Assembly (NCBI GenBank): GCA_036172245.1
Contig: JAYWIR010000039.1
Location: 868,001-932,000, forward strand
Direction: 5' to 3'
DNA length: 64,000 nt
Source of the DNA: Raillietiella orientalis
Taxonomy: Eukaryota
In this document: positions 48,800 to 60,899 of the stretch, piece by piece
Position numbering within the stretch: the stretch's first letter is position 1
Layout: each line of letters starts with the position of its first letter
Notes under the pieces: generated by a model
The model's input: the letters and a program-made list of their open reading frames with translations, nothing else
Databases searched by the model: none
Told to the model about the DNA's origin: nothing
Made by a program: the position numbers and the translations under genes

Positions 48800-50200
48800 T
48801 AGAATGTACACGGCAACGCAGATCCCGTAGAAGAAGGTTGCATGCAAACTGGCTTGAGGCTCGCCGCCGCGATGCAGCAACCTTTTCTTCATCTCGTCTC
48901 CCATTCGAAAGAACCCGCGGATGAATCGGTTCCATGAGGTACGAAACAGTTCTGGGAAGGATTGAGTTCCAGAGGGCGATACCGTTTCGAGCGTCGAGCG
49001 ACCAGGTGCCTCCGTTGAAGACCTGAGGGAATGCCGTCACGGCAGAACTCGGGCATTGTGGAGTAGCCGGCCTACAATCGGGCGGGTCGCCCACTCCGCC
49101 CCGATCGCGCTGCTGATGAAGGAACACCAGGGAACATCCTGCCACCCGCTGGATAGGAATGCTTGACAGCAGAACCGCTGGGAACGTGAACGTGTGTGGA
49201 CAGTGCAACCCATCCGAACGGCAGCGACATCCGTCCTCTAGGGGAGCTCCTCTTTCGGAGATACCGTGACCATCTTATCTCATTTCTCCACATCTCGGCA
49301 TGTGGCCAATGAGGACGCCGAAGGATTCTGGGAGCATTTCTGAGAGATCCAAGTTCAGAGTTGTGCACGACGACGTAAGCGGAAGATTGGATCGCCTCCT
49401 CAGCCACTTGACTCTGAATGAACACCGAGCATCCTTAGCCGCATTTATCTTTCCGATAGCCTCAGGAGAATGTCTGAATACGGAAAGCAGGAACCTAAAG
49501 GCAGGGGGCGGGAAATCCAGTCCTGAAGTCATTCCAGAGACAAGTGCTGTCCTATTTCGAGGCTTGAGGAACGGGGCTCTTGAAATCTTCCAAGGGATGC
49601 GAGGCCATCTGCGCCTCAGTGGTTCCTTCCAGCTCGACGCAAATCGCATGCGTCAATCTTCACGGTTCCCTCTGTCTTGCCATCCGGTCGGAATGACGGC
49701 GACCTTCCCTCCTGCTGAGTGATCCGGAATGCATACCCGGCGCACGACCCAGCTATGTTGGACGTTCGCGTACACCAATGCTCTTTACTTGAGCAGGAAC
49801 CCCGGGTTCTCGACTCATCACGTGATCTATGCGCAAAGCTAAACTTCGCTTCCGCATTCCGCATCCGCACTGCAAGCCCGTGCCATGTGAAGCTCCCATC
49901 CTCCAGCCAGCCGGCCTTTGGAAACCTGCCGTAGCTTCTGGTCAGTATGCTGGCGCTCTCCTCGTCTTCCATCGTATCGCCTTTCTTTTTAGAACTCGAA
50001 GGACCCTAACCACAAGTGTTCTTACAGAAACAGGTATTCTTCTGCCCGCGAAGAACAGAGACAGCTTCCGGTATTCGGTCTCCTCACTTTGTCGCGCTTC
50101 TTGCAATGAGGATGCATTGATAAGACCAAGCTGATACTCGATTTCTGGAGCACCAGGTCTTCCTGCCGAATTCTTCAGGAACTTCACGGTATCAGCTGAC
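48800..50200 (-). mobile_element. Decayed L1/Tx1-like RT remnant
   Basis: 'LDFPPPAFRFLLSVF...GKINAA...FRVKWLRRRSNLPL' resembles GFP..F..I..LY...ING...F...GVRQG.PLS. Confidence 0.5.
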
Positions 50201-51249
50201 TGCAGACCCCCCCCCCCTTATTTTCCTTGAGTCACTCTCTTGGTGACTCTATCCACACCCTTCACTGCTGCGCAGCACGAACAGATGGATGTTCAAGAAT
50301 GCAAAGAGCAACGAGATGTTTCCAACAATGCTACAGCCACCACCCTGTCGACCCCGATGCCATCTTCGGACACTGAGCTTCTTCAGTTGCGAGGGATCCG
50401 GTCGCTCCGGATGCAGACCGCCGCCATCGGCTTCTTTCACGTGCGCTCAGCTCGCTCGTCTCCTGGCAGAGTAGGAGGAGACATCCCGTCCAGGCCACGC
50501 CGCGGCCCCGAGCCGCTCCTCGATCTCGGTCGCCGCTTTTTTTCCGGGACACAGCACGGACGATCACACTGCGCTCCAAGCGGGTGAATCTTTAATTTTA
50601 TGGCTATGTCCTTTTTGATAGCCTGAAGATGGTTTTATGCAGATTGCAGAAAAGTTAGATATTTATTTTAGCTTTAGTGGTTCCAAAACTTTAAAGGTAG
50701 CTAATATATAAAAAAGGTGACATTAAAGATCAGCAGGATGCGCTTGATAAGGTGAGTTCCTTTGTGATCTCTTTCAGTCCGTCTTCCAGGATTCGGAACC
50801 TTCGCTTTCCGCGCAGCTGCCGCCTCCCCTCGAGAATCGAGCGGGTCCGGGTGGTGCACCCTGCATCCCATGTCGGAAGTTGCCGCCAACCTTCTCCCCC
50901 GCGCCGATCGCCGTTGCCACCCGCCGGGCGAGAGCTCAGAGAGTCGTAAGCATCGCTCCTCCTGCTAGATGCGATCTTCCCCGCAGGCGCAGCCTCCGTC
51001 CGAAATGATGAATCGATGTCCTCTTCGTGGCGCGAGATCGGGCGCGGTCGCCAGCGGACGTCCGGCTTTTCCGTGCCGCGGAGACGGCTTCCCGTCCTTC
51101 CGGCGCCTCTGCCTTGCGCTGAGGCCCGCGGACGCACCGCGCTTCGGCGCGCGTGGACGAAAACGCCGGTGACAGTGGTTCGGGACGTGCGACGGCGCCT
51201 CGTTCCAGGCTCGCTCCTCGCTTTGTCGTGTGTCTGACGGCCAGCAGGT

Positions 51250-51680
51250 GTGGTCGAGACAGCCGCATCAGTCTGGGGGCGGACGGAAAGTCGTAGGCGG
51301 TCGCCCGAAGACGGGAGGAGGTGGTATGGCGCGCGGCGTGGTTCCGGGACCAAGGGACACGGTTCTTCTCTGGTGCGAACATTTGGGGTAGGGCGCTTTG
51401 CACACCTGGCTGCTCGGAATCTCTTGCACGCTCGCTGGACGCGGTCATCCTGTCGAAGGCAGCGCGTCCTCTACTGCCAGCGCTGATTCTTCGTCGGCGA
51501 AGGGCCCAAAAGCCTCGCTCCGTGCACTCCTCGAGCCTCCGGACGACCGGCCCCTGGATTTCGCTGATCCCAGGCATGTGGCCTCCTCGGAGGGAGGGAT
51601 ACGCTGCTGCATCTTTCTTACCCCTCGGCCTCGTGCCGTGGAGCGGCGCGTGGGAGTTCCGCCACGACAGGGTTCTTTTT
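51250..51680 (-). mobile_element. Decayed family-A-like LINE 3' remnant
   Basis: Loose similarity to 40.4-40.7 and 54.5-54.8 kb zinc-finger regions. Confidence 0.35.
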
Positions 51681-51754
51681 TCCATTGCGATTTTTTTTTT
51701 TTCTTCTTTGTGTGTGTTGTGCTCGTGTGCGTCCCTTCGGAAAATTTATTGTAC

Positions 51755-52197
51755 TCAACGAACCCTCTGTATAGGAATAACCCTTTCACTGGAGGATGCA
51801 TTCGGTTTCTTTGGAGCCATGATGATAAGCACACCATCCTTGGTGAGTTTGCTTTGTAATGCTTCACGATCCACATCCTGCGGTATAACGCACTTCCTCA
51901 CGAAATGCCGTGACACGGAACCATGCTGATCAGGCCTATCTCATGCTTGGCTTCCACGACGATGGTGTCATTGAGGGTGGTCACAGAAATTTCATTGGGA
52001 TCGAAGTGGCGGACGTCCAGCATGACCTTGAAAACATCTCTGTGGTTGGCGAGCTCACAATCACCTCGAGAAGCATCCGCTCCGCTCAGCCCCGGGTAGT
52101 GTGCCTTCTGCCTCAGCTCGTCGTTGCTGCTTCGCGGCAACCAGCTGCACGCAGCAGCCAGCAACGGCTCTTCGCACAGCGCTTGCAGCAGCGACAT
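51755..52197 (-). pseudogene. Small heat-shock protein (HSP20/alpha-crystallin, l(2)efl-like) with a 1-nt frameshift
   Basis: FKVMLDVRHFDPNEISVTTLNDTIVVEAKHE, then in a shifted frame RPDQHGSVSRHFVRKCVIPQDVDREALQSKLTKDGVLIIMAPK...ERVIPI (IxI motif) to TGA; 443 nt, one base short of 148 codons. Confidence 0.9.
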
Positions 52198-52248
52198 CCT
52201 TCACCGACCACGCCTAGCAACCGCAGCCGCCGCAATCCGTGTGCGTCT

Positions 52249-54228
52249 ATGGCGCCGACACAAGAGAGGATGGAGGTGAAGACTGCAGCCTGAGCCGGAG
52301 TTCCTACTTAGGTTGTTCTGCCCGCCTCTGATGGTTCTGTCTCGCCGCCCGCGAGATGCTTTGCTGCCGTCGTCAAGGCGGCGGCAGCAAACGGAGCACC
52401 GCCCGACGAAACAGAGTTACAGGCATATGCAGCCCATGGCTACAAGCCTGCTCTCTGTTACCAGGTCAATGCCTCGGTTTCCGACGGGGTCGAAGAAAAT
52501 TTATGGGACGTGCTCAAACGCGTCGGGGTTCGGCAGGACGACCTCCTGACTGTCATGTCTGTGAACGCTCTTGGACACTGGGAGGTGTAATGTAAAGAAG
52601 CAACCCTAGTCCGACGCCTTCTCCTCACCCCACTGAACACCCGTGGGAAGCTCGCCCCGTCGGTCATGGACCAGTCGTTCGTGGTCCGATTGTCCGCCAT
52701 CCGGGTGGAAACTACCGACCGCATGCTCGTGAGTGCGCTGGGTGCATTCGCCAGGGTGCACGCTCTGTGGAGAACAGCGAACCCTATTAAAAGGATCTCA
52801 TCTCTCCACAGCGGACTCGCCATGGCGCGGGTGGTGGACCCGAGGCTATTGCCTTCGCAGCTCCAGGTGGGTGATGCGGTCGTTTACCTGAAGTTTGCCG
52901 GTCAGCGACCGCCTTGCGGCATTTGCGGCAAGGAGGGCCACCGTCCATGGAAGTGCCCTCCTCGCAACTGCCGCTACTGCAGAATGCTCTGTCACTCCAT
53001 TAAGGATTGCGCCGAGCTGAAGAGCAAAGTGCAGGCGAGGAATCGCCTCCAATTGACACCGTCCGCCCTGAAAACTTCCCCCGCCTCGCCGGGAAAGAAA
53101 TCGGGCGTGAATGATGCTGCTGCAACGAGTAGCAGCCCCGCAAAAGAGAGCACGGTTGCTTCAGGAAAGGAACGATCCCGAAAAGCCGCGCATAAGGGGA
53201 AGATGCCACGCCTGGGGCAAATTCAGTCTCGCGCGAAGCAGCCAACGGGTAAACACTCAAAAAAGGCTGCTGAAACGTCCGCGTCCGTTCCCGCGCCAAG
53301 CGGAAGGGACGGGAAAATGCGCGTGGAGACTCCCGGAACTGCCACTGAGCGGCCGTGCCTCCCTCAGTCCGGGGAAAGCACGCCATCCACGTCATAACCC
53401 AGGTTCTGGCCTCCCAGGATGGAGTCCTAGAGGACAGTGATGCGGGCTGGACTCGGGTGTGCAGGAAGCCTAGAAAGGGGAAGAAGGTGGACTCTTCTCA
53501 CTTGCCCATCCTAGGTGCAAGGAAGAAGCCTAGCACGCCGAAGAAGGCGCAAATCAACGTTTGCACTCCGGCTGCGTGAGCTGTCGCTGTCGCTTCGAGC
53601 GAGAGAGCCGCTGCAGAAGTCAAAGCTCCGAGGGCTTCGTCGGCGACTGCGGTGATCCCCGTGCAGGCTGGGCAGGCTTCCACCTCCGGGCACAACAAGA
53701 GACAGGCGAAACGCCAGTCTCGCACGCGGCACCCGGACTCCGAGGTGGAGCCGACTTCAAAGCAAAGGAGCGCGGATCCCGGGGAAACCCTTGAGCACGC
53801 CAGGCTAAAGTCCGCAAGCACGAGCCTGCTGCCGGTAGCGGTTCCGACCTCTCCTCGGAGCCCGAGGCCATGATTCTTGGCTCCCAGGACTCAGCTGCGT
53901 GCGGCGTGGTGGAGAACGGGAGCGATTCTGCTTCCCAATCCGCAGTGCTGCCAGCTGACACCTCGTTGGACGAGACGAGGAGCACGCCGCCATGTCCGCA
54001 GCAGTAATGCGTGGACTCGCGTCCGCTCGTCGCGTCATCGTGGCCTGTCGGAACGTCAACGGGCTGCGCAACGCCGACAAGAGGCGGACGGTAGCCAACG
54101 CCCTGCGCGCGTTCGATCGGTGTTGCTGCAGGAGACACATCTTCGAACAACAGGTAGCCGATCTGGAAGAGCGCGCAGGCGGGACGCTACACTGGTGGCA
54201 AGGGTCCGCGCGCACGTGCGGAGTAGCG
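52249..54228 (+). mobile_element. Tx1/L1-like LINE 5' part: ORF1 (two CCHC knuckles) and start of APE endonuclease
   Basis: ORF1 in frame from ATG 52249 with internal stops; 'CGICGKEGHRPWKC', 'CRYCRMLCHSIKDC'; then 'ACRNVNGLRN', 'VLLQETHL', 'ARTCGVA'. Confidence 0.9.
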
Positions 54229-54413
54229 TAGAAATTAAACAAGTAACCCAGGTATATGTAATGGGTTATGGAGAAACCGGACCTAGTCAATCAGCACCTT
54301 CACCTGGCACTGTTTATCAAAATAAAGACTTCGTAAAGGTTGAAAATAAAGATTCAAGGGAATACTTTGAAGGAACTTTTTCTTCTCAAGGGAGACAAAC
54401 AAGATCAGGTGGG

Positions 54414-57120
54414 TCATCGGGCTGCTATTCGCAGAAAGCGAGCTGCATACTCCATGACATCCCTGTCATTTGCATCTTCTACTTCGTTGGATCCACTCCG
54501 AGCCTCCCCAATACTGAGGATGCAGCTGAGTGCTGCTACGACAGTGGCTGGCTGAGGGCGTTCCGCACGAAGAGGAGCCGAAAAACGTCTCTGGGAGGGC
54601 TGCCTCCTAGGATCCCTAGGGTCGTACCGAAACGTTCCCAAAGGGGCCGGAGGGCAACACAATCAACTAAGAGGTGCGGGAGGGATTCCCGTTCTCCATA
54701 TCTGGCACAGTTTGGATTCACTCGCCCCCGTGCCCAGTGGTGGCGGCGCGCTTTGCAGGAGAGTCCCCAGTGCAACAGCATAAGCGCCGACTCCTGCCAC
54801 TTTAGGGGAAGGATCCTTCTTCCGGTTATCACTGGGGGCTACTTCAGATCATCCGTCGAGATGCCGAGCAGCTCACCCTATTTCTTCAGTCCTCGTGGAA
54901 GGACGCTCTTGGTCGTGGCGTCCGCCAGCTGTCCCATGGTCCAACCGCTCATCAACTTTTCTCTGCCTCCAATACGGCAAGAGACTTGCCACCTCGGCGT
55001 CCAGCTGATGACGAGGGCCCTCCGTAGGAAGAGCAGCACCGTCGCTAGGCAGGTCGTCTCTGCCCACGTGCTCCTGGCTGGACACTCCAGGACCTCGCTC
55101 ATAGTGCAACGGGCGTATCGGTCGCGTCGCAGGCTATTCCACCTCTCGTGGCTCCTCTGATTCACTACCGCCCACGTGCCAACTGTTTCTTCTAGCCATG
55201 CGCTGAAGTTGACGGGGCTGCAGATCATCCACGCATCCTCCTTTGCGGGGGTGGCTATTCTTCCGAGGAGAATGCCGCATCTTCTTATCTTCCTTCCAAG
55301 ACATAAAACATGAGATTCAATTCCCCCTGTTTCGGATACACGTCTGGCGAGGAGGCGGGCCGGAACACACCAAGGGGGGCTCCAGAACTTCGCTGCGATG
55401 GCCAAGGTTCGCGATCGCAGCTGAATTTCCATGCTCTCCAGCGTCAGGAGGCTTAGACCACCGTCTCGACACGGAGCACACAAGTCCATCAAAGGGACTC
55501 GGGGCCTCCCCTTGCCCCAAAGGGCGATGCACAGGAGGTCCTTCGTCCTCTTCTTTATTTCCATGGGGACGGGGCAAACGAAAAGTAGAGGGCGAAGGAT
55601 GGGGGCTGCAAACGCGTTCCATACCGTGGCTCGTTCCGGCAAGTGGAACTTGCCCTCTAGGAAACAGGCCGATCGCCAACTCCACTTTCTGGAGACGGCC
55701 TGACCAGGCTTCTGACAGGCAGAAGTCCCCCAGCGGAACGGCAAGGTACTTCAGATACCCGCTCGTTGGGATCCCCAAGAGGATCCAATCAGGCCGTCCT
55801 ACCCACGTCGCTCCAACTGCCACCACCGACGATTTTGCCCTGTTAACCCAGAGCCCCGTCCCACGGCTTAGCAGATCGAAGAAATTTCGACTGCCGTTGC
55901 CGGGGCGGACATGGTCAACAGGAGCAGCAGATCGTCGGCATATGCCGACACGGCAGGCGTACCGGGGCACGAGCTTGGCAAGGCAGCCAAAGTCGTCCTG
56001 TACGCTCTCAGCACCAACTCGAAGTAGGTGCTAAAGAGCAGGGGACTGAGGCTATCGCCCTGCCGTATCACACGGCGCACCGGCACGCCGTACACGTTTT
56101 GTCCTCTGAAAGAGATGTTCGTCAGCGCGGCGCGCCAGCAGGAGCGCAGGTACGCCGTTAAGGTAGGTGGGAAGCCCATGCGATGCAGAAGCTCCAGGAG
56201 AAGCCCCAGGTCCGCGCAGTCGAACGCCTTATGGAGATCGACTGCAATCGCTAGGGCACTCTTGCCCGCCCGGCTGTCCCCACCCTGACCAGCGGTCACC
56301 CTTAGATTGGGGTTGCCGAGAGATCCCTTCCACTCTTTAACTTCGCATTGCACATGAAACCATGTGCTGGTGAAGAACAGGTTAGCCTCCATACTTCGCC
56401 CGGGAACAGCGTAAGTCTGCTCCGGGCTAATTACGGATTCGGCTACCTGTCCCAGCCGCGCAACCCACAGTTTCGCGACCATCTTGACGTCCGTGTTCAC
56501 GACCGTGATCGGACGCCAGCTGTTCAACTTACGAAGGTCTCCTCCCTTAGGAAGGAGTCTCATCCTAGCTGACCGTAACGAGGCGGGAACACCGCCTTCT
56601 TCCCGGATCAGCTGTGTCAACCTAAGCACCAAGGGGGTCATCTCTGCCGCGAAGCTTTGAAAAAACTCCGCGGGCAGGCCGTCCTCCCTTGGTCCCTTCC
56701 GCCTCTTGAGCCTGTTTATCGCGGTGATGATTTCACTGGTCGTAAAAGGCTCGTTTAGGCTTTCCCTCTCCTCCTCCCTATGGCCGGGGCTCCGTCCGGG
56801 AGCAGCAGTCGCGAGGCGTCCCGCTCGGAAGGCGCCCTGGCGTATAGGGAGGAATAACATTTCCGCAGGATGTGTCGAATGGCGGCCGGGGTCGAGTGTT
56901 CCCGGTCCTGGTCGTCCAGCAGGGTGGGCGGCCCGGACTGCCAGGCTTGGCGCTCAGCCCCGGCTCGGTACTCGGCCAGGCGACGGACGTTGGGGGTCCT
57001 CGCGTAACGACGGGCGTATAAATACGCCCTTTCGTTGCGAATACCTTCCCCAAACCGGGAGGGAAGACGCCCCTGGAGAAACTCCTCACAGAACTCGCGG
57101 ACCGAATGCTTGAAACAGTC
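54414..57120 (-). mobile_element. Tx1/L1-like LINE ORF2 (linker, RT, zinc finger), 5'-truncated and frameshifted
   Basis: 'KGPREDGLPAEFF', 'WRPITVVNTDVK', 'DLHKAFD', 'IRQGDSLSPLLF', 'AYADD', 'LKYLAV', 'PNCARYGERESLPHLLVDC'. Confidence 0.95.
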
Positions 57121-58850
57121 CAATTCTCGAGACTCCGTTTCGACAAGGAAGGTCGAGTGGGCCAACTTGTTCTCAAGTGGTCTGAATCGATCGACCTGGT
57201 CGTTACGAACATCTATGCGCCGAGCGGCGGCCGTCACTACTCCGAGAGAATCGAATTCCTCGGTGGCCTACGTAGCCGCTGGCTTGCTGACTCTGGCCAA
57301 CCTGCCGAGCTCCTGCCCAGGAACGCCGGCCGTTGCCGCCTATGCCGACGACCTGCTTCTCCTGCTTCTCATGTCCACCCCGGCATCCAGTCTCGAAGAT
57401 TTCTTCGAGCTGATTCGTCGGGGAACGGGAGTGAGCGTCAACAGGGAGAAATCCACGGTCGTACCGGTGGGCTCTACGTGGGAGGGGCAGTCCGACTGGA
57501 TCCGCCAGGGGATCCCCACAAGCAGGTGCTTTAAGCACCTTGACCGAGTAGGGAGGCGGACAAACAAAAAAAAGGGGGACGGAGGAAGGGGCAACAAAAA
57601 TGTTCCACACGAAGGTCCGCTCTGACAGGAAGATCCTGCCACCTTGGAACGGGCCCAGAGCATTCTCGGCCTTGCGAAAGCAGTGCAACCACGCTTCTGC
57701 TGGACAGAAGTCGCCCAACGCTCCATGAGAGGATTCGGCTTCTCGCTGAGACAGCTCGTCTCGCTCGTGGAAGAGCATTCGTGGATCTCCTGTCAGCCGA
57801 TGAACTTAAACGCCTGGTGGCGGGAAGCCTTATTGCCCTGGACAAGGCAACAGAACGTGTCCCGTTTGGAACTCCATTGCGTAAACTTTTCTCCATACTG
57901 TCTAGTAGAGGAGGTATTGCAGAACCAGGACAAGTGGGCTCTCCTGGCCGCTATGCCCGTCAACGAAGCGCTGTCTTCCCTAAGGGCACGAGAAGACAGT
58001 TGTCTACCGGCAAGGTGGGAGGTCGCCTGCTATAGCAGGCGAAACCCGACTTCCGGGCGGCTGGAGGACCTGCGAGATGGCAGATGCTGCCACGCCTCGC
58101 ATTCGTGCCAACGGACTTCTTCGGTGGTGCGAGCTCCTGAGGGTGCCCTCCGAAGAACTTGTGATTCCTTCCCCATGCTTGGACGCGACTGTGTTCCCCC
58201 TCCGGTGGAAACAGGACGCTTTTCTGCTGGTGCATTGGGATCTGTATTGCAACCAGCGCGCTCACCTGGTTTCCGGGGGAGTCGCGTTCCCGAACTGTGC
58301 AAAATGGGTAGCGGTGGAATCGCTCCCGCACCTGCTATTCGAATGCGGTACCCTCCAGGGACTGTGGCGGCGGCTGTCTTCAGCGCTCTTGCATCCGGAG
58401 AACACCGCAATGGACTGGATGCGCCGCTTCTTCACGCGTGGCGGCCTATCTCTGGGAGCGGTCGTCGCAATCATCTGCTGCGTCCACGCCATCGTCAGAG
58501 CCCGCCACGTATTGCAGCTGCGAGCGGTCCTAACATCGGTCCCCGACAGTGCTGCCTGCAATCTGGAACTGGCTGCCGGGTGGCCACACCTGGACGAACT
58601 GAGGACGGAGATTGCCGGCATTCACCGCCGGTTCTGAGCATAGGAACGGCTGAAGCTGCAGACACCAGTCCCCACCCGCCCACTATTTTTATTTATTTAT
58701 TTATTTGTCCTCGCCCTGCCATCCCGAACTCTCAGTATGCCTATCCTGCGTGCCGGGAAACCCTCCCCCTTAGCTTCTGTTCCCCTTGCCTGGGAACTAT
58801 GTTCCCACATGCTTTCTTTATAATAAACGTCCCGGCGCTACCGGATAACA
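57120..58850 (+). mobile_element. Rearranged Tx1/L1-like LINE: mid-endonuclease fused to YADD region, small inversion, then 3' end
   Basis: 'FDKEGR...LVVTNIYAPS', then 'AYADDLLL...VNREKS...FKHL', then zinc finger and 3'UTR with AATAAA at 58822. Confidence 0.9.
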
Positions 58851-59049
58851 AGCCACAGCAGGGTAGGCGGGGTGTGTGAACGGCTTGAGGCAGAGAGGAG
58901 GATGTCCAGCTGTCCCTGGGCACCCTCTCCGTAAAGGTGTTGTTGTTTGCTCGCACTCCCTCCTCGCTTACGCTGCTCCCTTGCCGCGCTTCCTCGACGA
59001 GGTCGACCTACCCGTTTCCCAGTTTTCCTGATCGTTCCTTCGAAATGAA

Positions 59050-59500
59050 GGATGGAAGGAATGAAAGAGAACGGTTTGCGCGTGCCCGGAGCAAGTGTAT
59101 CGGAACGCCATTGAAATAGAAGTGGCTGAAGCAGGTGGCAAGAAGGAAAAGTGGAGCTGGGTAGGTAGAATTAACCAGTGCAGTTCGCGCGTAATAGTGA
59201 CCATCTCTTCGCAAGGAGGCAGGTTGCTTTGGAACCTGAGGATGCTTGGTGATGGTGCCTTTGACGGAGGAAGGTTCAGACTCTGGATGCGGTAAACAGC
59301 CATCTTGTGTGAGAAGTCAGTGTTATCTTACGGATTTTCATGACCTCGTAGGTGACATCATCATCAGCTATGGCTTGCTCTTATCCAAACCGAGTCACGC
59401 ACATGGAATAAGTGGTTAAGGATCACGCTATCGAGCCAAGAGGGAACAGCAACCTCCCTACCACCTCAGCTGGAAGGCAAGAACGTTCGTTGAGCATCGC
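59050..59500 (+). mobile_element. Decayed RT sliver
   Basis: 'YRNAIEIEVAEAGGKKEKWSWVGRINQC' resembles LY....V...G..S.....GV.QG. Confidence 0.3.
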
Positions 59501-60899
59501 CGGCACATATTTTCAGAATCCTTGAAGGTCACGTCCCTGCTTTCAAGGGATGGCAGGCGAGCGAGTCGAGAAGCTTTCTCTGAGGCTCTCGGAAGTCAAC
59601 GATGGAGCGACGGTGAAGAGGCCACACAGCTGCGAGGCATCGTTGGTGCGGTTGCGTGCTCCACGGAATCTAGCAATGACGACGCTTTCCACAGAGTCCC
59701 CGAAAATTCTGGGAGTCACGCGGACGACGCGTTTCGGTCTTGGCTGCCAGCTGGGAGATTAGGGAACTGGGCGTGCCAACTATCGGAGTAGGCGCCAGGG
59801 AGCCCGATCGTAAGATGCTGGATGCTGAGGATTAAAAGGTTTCGCGACCCGCATTCGGAAGCGGGAAGCATCTCAACTCATGAATTTGAAACCAAGGGCA
59901 GTGGAAATGGAGTGGAGTGCCCTTCCATCAGAATGAGGACTCTCTCAAGGACTGGATGGGAGAGGACTGCAAAAGCTGAAACTTATGTGAGCTGCGTAAC
60001 TATTTCGGAGGCAAAACCATCAGAGTCCTATCGACCATCTGCTTCGCTCCCATATGGGAGTTCTCCGAGCTCCCGGATTCTCGGAAAAATTAATAGATTC
60101 GGGGCCGTTTGGAGTCTTCCTCTAAGTGGCCCTCGTAAGAATTTCAGGTCTGCTTCTGAGTGGTTTCCCGATCGCATCTAACCTCGGGAGCCCACCACGA
60201 TTGCAGCAACGCGTCCATCTCCTTCAGGAGTCAGGGAATAGATGCTACGTCTTTTTTGTTTGGCTTTGACCATGGCAGTGTTTGCTCGCGTGGATTTCCT
60301 CTTCTTGCCCTCAGGACACGCGTGTTCCTTGAATGTTGAAAAGTTTTCCCATTTTTCCTTCTTTTTCCCCTTCTCCCTTTTCCCATCAACATCGATTTTC
60401 GCTGCGTTGTTCCGACGTGCATGCTATCCCCCATCGCAGACAGTTGCCTTGATACCGAAATGTCGTCCCATACGCACTCTCGTGTGCGCTCACCTCCTCC
60501 CCTGCTTTCGCACGAGGCTCCAGCAGCTCCCTCCTCAGAGACCATACGGAACTTGTGGCGTGAAACCGGCGAGCGATTCCTTCTCCAAGATGGTGAGGAC
60601 GCCTAATGAATCTCCTTGAGCGATTCGCACTTTGGCACACATCTGCATGGAGCGCTATCTCTCCTCCCTCGAATGCCTGGAGCGCAAAACACACTTCCCG
60701 TCATTTCGTGACTCATCGCCAGAAGCGTGTCGTCAGCCGTGTTGAGTTGTATGCTCGATTCCGTGCGTGAGTTTACCTGTTCGTGAAACGACTCGGCACA
60801 TTCCCCGAGCGGAAGCTCCCAACAATGACCGCGCTCGCTCGCAACAATGAATTTGGAGACTTCCGGGAGCGCCTGTACTTTCGAAGAATTGTTGTTCCT

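Noticed and set aside
53877..55160. 427-aa ORF as a real gene
   Set aside because: Chimera of an endonuclease piece, a junction segment and the antisense of a LINE 3' region.
57644..58879. 411-aa ORF as an intact protein
   Set aside because: Starts inside the micro-inversion and is out of the LINE frame after ~58030.
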